NCBI RefSeq assembly: GCF_000973505.1 | Contig: NZ_CP010048.1 | Span: forward strand, 660,001-692,000 | Length of the DNA stretch: 32,000 nucleotides | Direction: 5' to 3' | Source of the DNA: Candidatus Saccharimonadota bacterium | GTDB taxonomy: Bacteria > Pseudomonadota > Gammaproteobacteria > Enterobacterales > Enterobacteriaceae | Part shown: piece by piece, positions 30,856 to 32,000 of the stretch | How the letters are laid out: every line of letters begins with the position of its first letter | How positions within the stretch are numbered: position 1 is the stretch's first letter | Made by a program: the position numbers and the translations under genes | The notes under the pieces: model-generated | The model's database searches: none | The model's input: the letters and a program-made list of their open reading frames with translations, nothing else | What the model was told of the DNA's origin: nothing

Positions 30856-30997
30856 TTAATAATTATCACAACAACACTTTCACATTCAATACCATCACAC
30901 TGACAACAATAATTAAACAAATTCTAGTTAAAGACACCATAAAACTCAACATTACAACAAAAATTTATCAAAAAAACAAATAAAAATATTAATTGAA

Positions 30998-32000
30998 TCA
31001 AGCACGTTTCATCATATCAAAGAATTCATTATTAGTTCTCGTCATTGATAATTTATTCATCATAAACTCCATAGCGTCAATTTCCCCCATTGGATGAATA
31101 ATTTTACGCAAAATCCATATTTTTTGTAACTCATCTTGAGTAGTTAATAACTCTTCTTTTCGAGTACCTGAACGATTATAATCAATAGCAGGAAACACTC
31201 GCTTTTCAGCAATTTTTCTAGAAAGATGCAGTTCCATATTACCGGTTCCTTTAAATTCTTCATAAATAATCTCATCCATTTTAGAACCGGTATCAATTAA
31301 AGCCGTAGCAATAATAGTCAAACTACCACCTTCTTCCATATTACGCGCCGCTCCAAAAAACCTCTTTGGACGATGCAAAGCGTTAGCATCAACACCCCCA
31401 GTTAAAACTTTTCCAGACGCTGGAACAATAGTATTATAAGCCCTTGCTAATCTAGTAATAGAATCTAATAAAATAACAACATCTTTTTTGTGTTCCACTA
31501 GACGCTTTGCTTTTTCAACAACCATTTCAGAAACTTGAACATGACGAGAAGCAGGTTCATCAAAAGTAGATGCAATTACTTCGCCTTTAACTAGCCGTTG
31601 CATTTCAGTAACCTCTTCAGGGCGCTCATCAATTAAAAGAACCATTAATACACAATCTGGATAATTATAAGTAATACTCTGAGCAATATTTTGTAATAAT
31701 ATGGTCTTACCAGCTTTTGGAGGCGCTACAATTAAACCTCGTTGACCACGACCAATTGGAGAGGCTAAATCTAAAACCCTAGCGGTTAAATCCTCAGTAG
31801 AACCATTACCTCTTTCCATACGTAATCTAGAATTAGCATGCAAAGGAGTTAAATTTTCGAACAAAATTTTATTTCGAGCATTTTCTGGCTTATCATAATT
31901 AACATCACTCACTTTCAATAATGCAAAATAACGTTCTCCCTCCTTTGGAGGACGAATTTTACCAGAAATAGTATCACCAGTTCGTAAATTAAACCGACGG
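30998..32000 (-). CDS. rho: Transcription termination factor Rho, C-terminal ~333 codons (the N-terminus lies beyond the window end)
   Basis: The reading frame is open to the window edge: [99 protein letters not shown]...MMKRA is near-identical to E. coli Rho. The Met at 31918 given by the track is internal. Confidence 0.97.
   Translation of the reverse strand, partial: RRFNLRTGDTISGKIRPPKEGERYFALLKVSDVNYDKPENARNKILFENLTPLHANSRLRMERGNGSTEDLTARVLDLASPIGRGQRGLIVAPPKAGKTILLQNIAQSITYNYPDCVLMVLLIDERPEEVTEMQRLVKGEVIASTFDEPASRHVQVSEMVVEKAKRLVEHKKDVVILLDSITRLARAYNTIVPASGKVLTGGVDANALHRPKRFFGAARNMEEGGSLTIIATALIDTGSKMDEIIYEEFKGTGNMELHLSRKIAEKRVFPAIDYNRSGTRKEELLTTQDELQKIWILRKIIHPMGEIDAMEFMMNKLSMTRTNNEFFDMMKRA

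Overview
This window is AT-rich and strongly strand-skewed. It looks like part of a reduced genome from an obligate, insect-symbiont-like member of the Enterobacterales. That call rests on near-identity of the proteins to E. coli and on E. coli-like local gene order; I cannot name the organism.

I can support 26 intact housekeeping CDS:
- rpoB (partial), rplL, rplJ, rplA, rplK, nusG, secE, tuf, fusA, rpsG, rpsL
- pabA, trpS, rpe, aroB, aroK, nfuA, asd, yhgN, yigL, corA, yigB, dapF, hemC, hemD, rho (partial)

There is also a four-gene tRNA cluster (Pro-Leu-His-Arg on the minus strand), one convincing intrinsic terminator/attenuator between rplL and rpoB, and a likely tusC/tusB pseudogene relic upstream of rpsL.

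I found no transposase, integrase, phage, CRISPR, toxin-antitoxin or defence genes, and no novel multi-gene system. Every ORF of 60 aa or more outside the listed genes looks like a composition artefact.

What deserves a second look is genome architecture:
1. A single tuf gene joins the str operon (rpsL-rpsG-fusA) directly to secE-nusG-rplKAJL-rpoB. This is the signature of tufA/tufB recombination.
2. A second synteny breakpoint lies between yhgN and yigL.
3. Long gene-free, very AT-rich spacers sit exactly where E. coli carries gene blocks. By my coordinates about 32% of the window is non-coding: about 14% in 1-10798 and about 41% in 10799-32000.
4. Intercistronic spacers inside the str operon are expanded.
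5. The tRNA genes lack an encoded CCA.
6. A pervasive C>G, A>T skew on the + strand visibly reshapes protein composition by strand.

All E. coli comparisons are from memory and no search was run.
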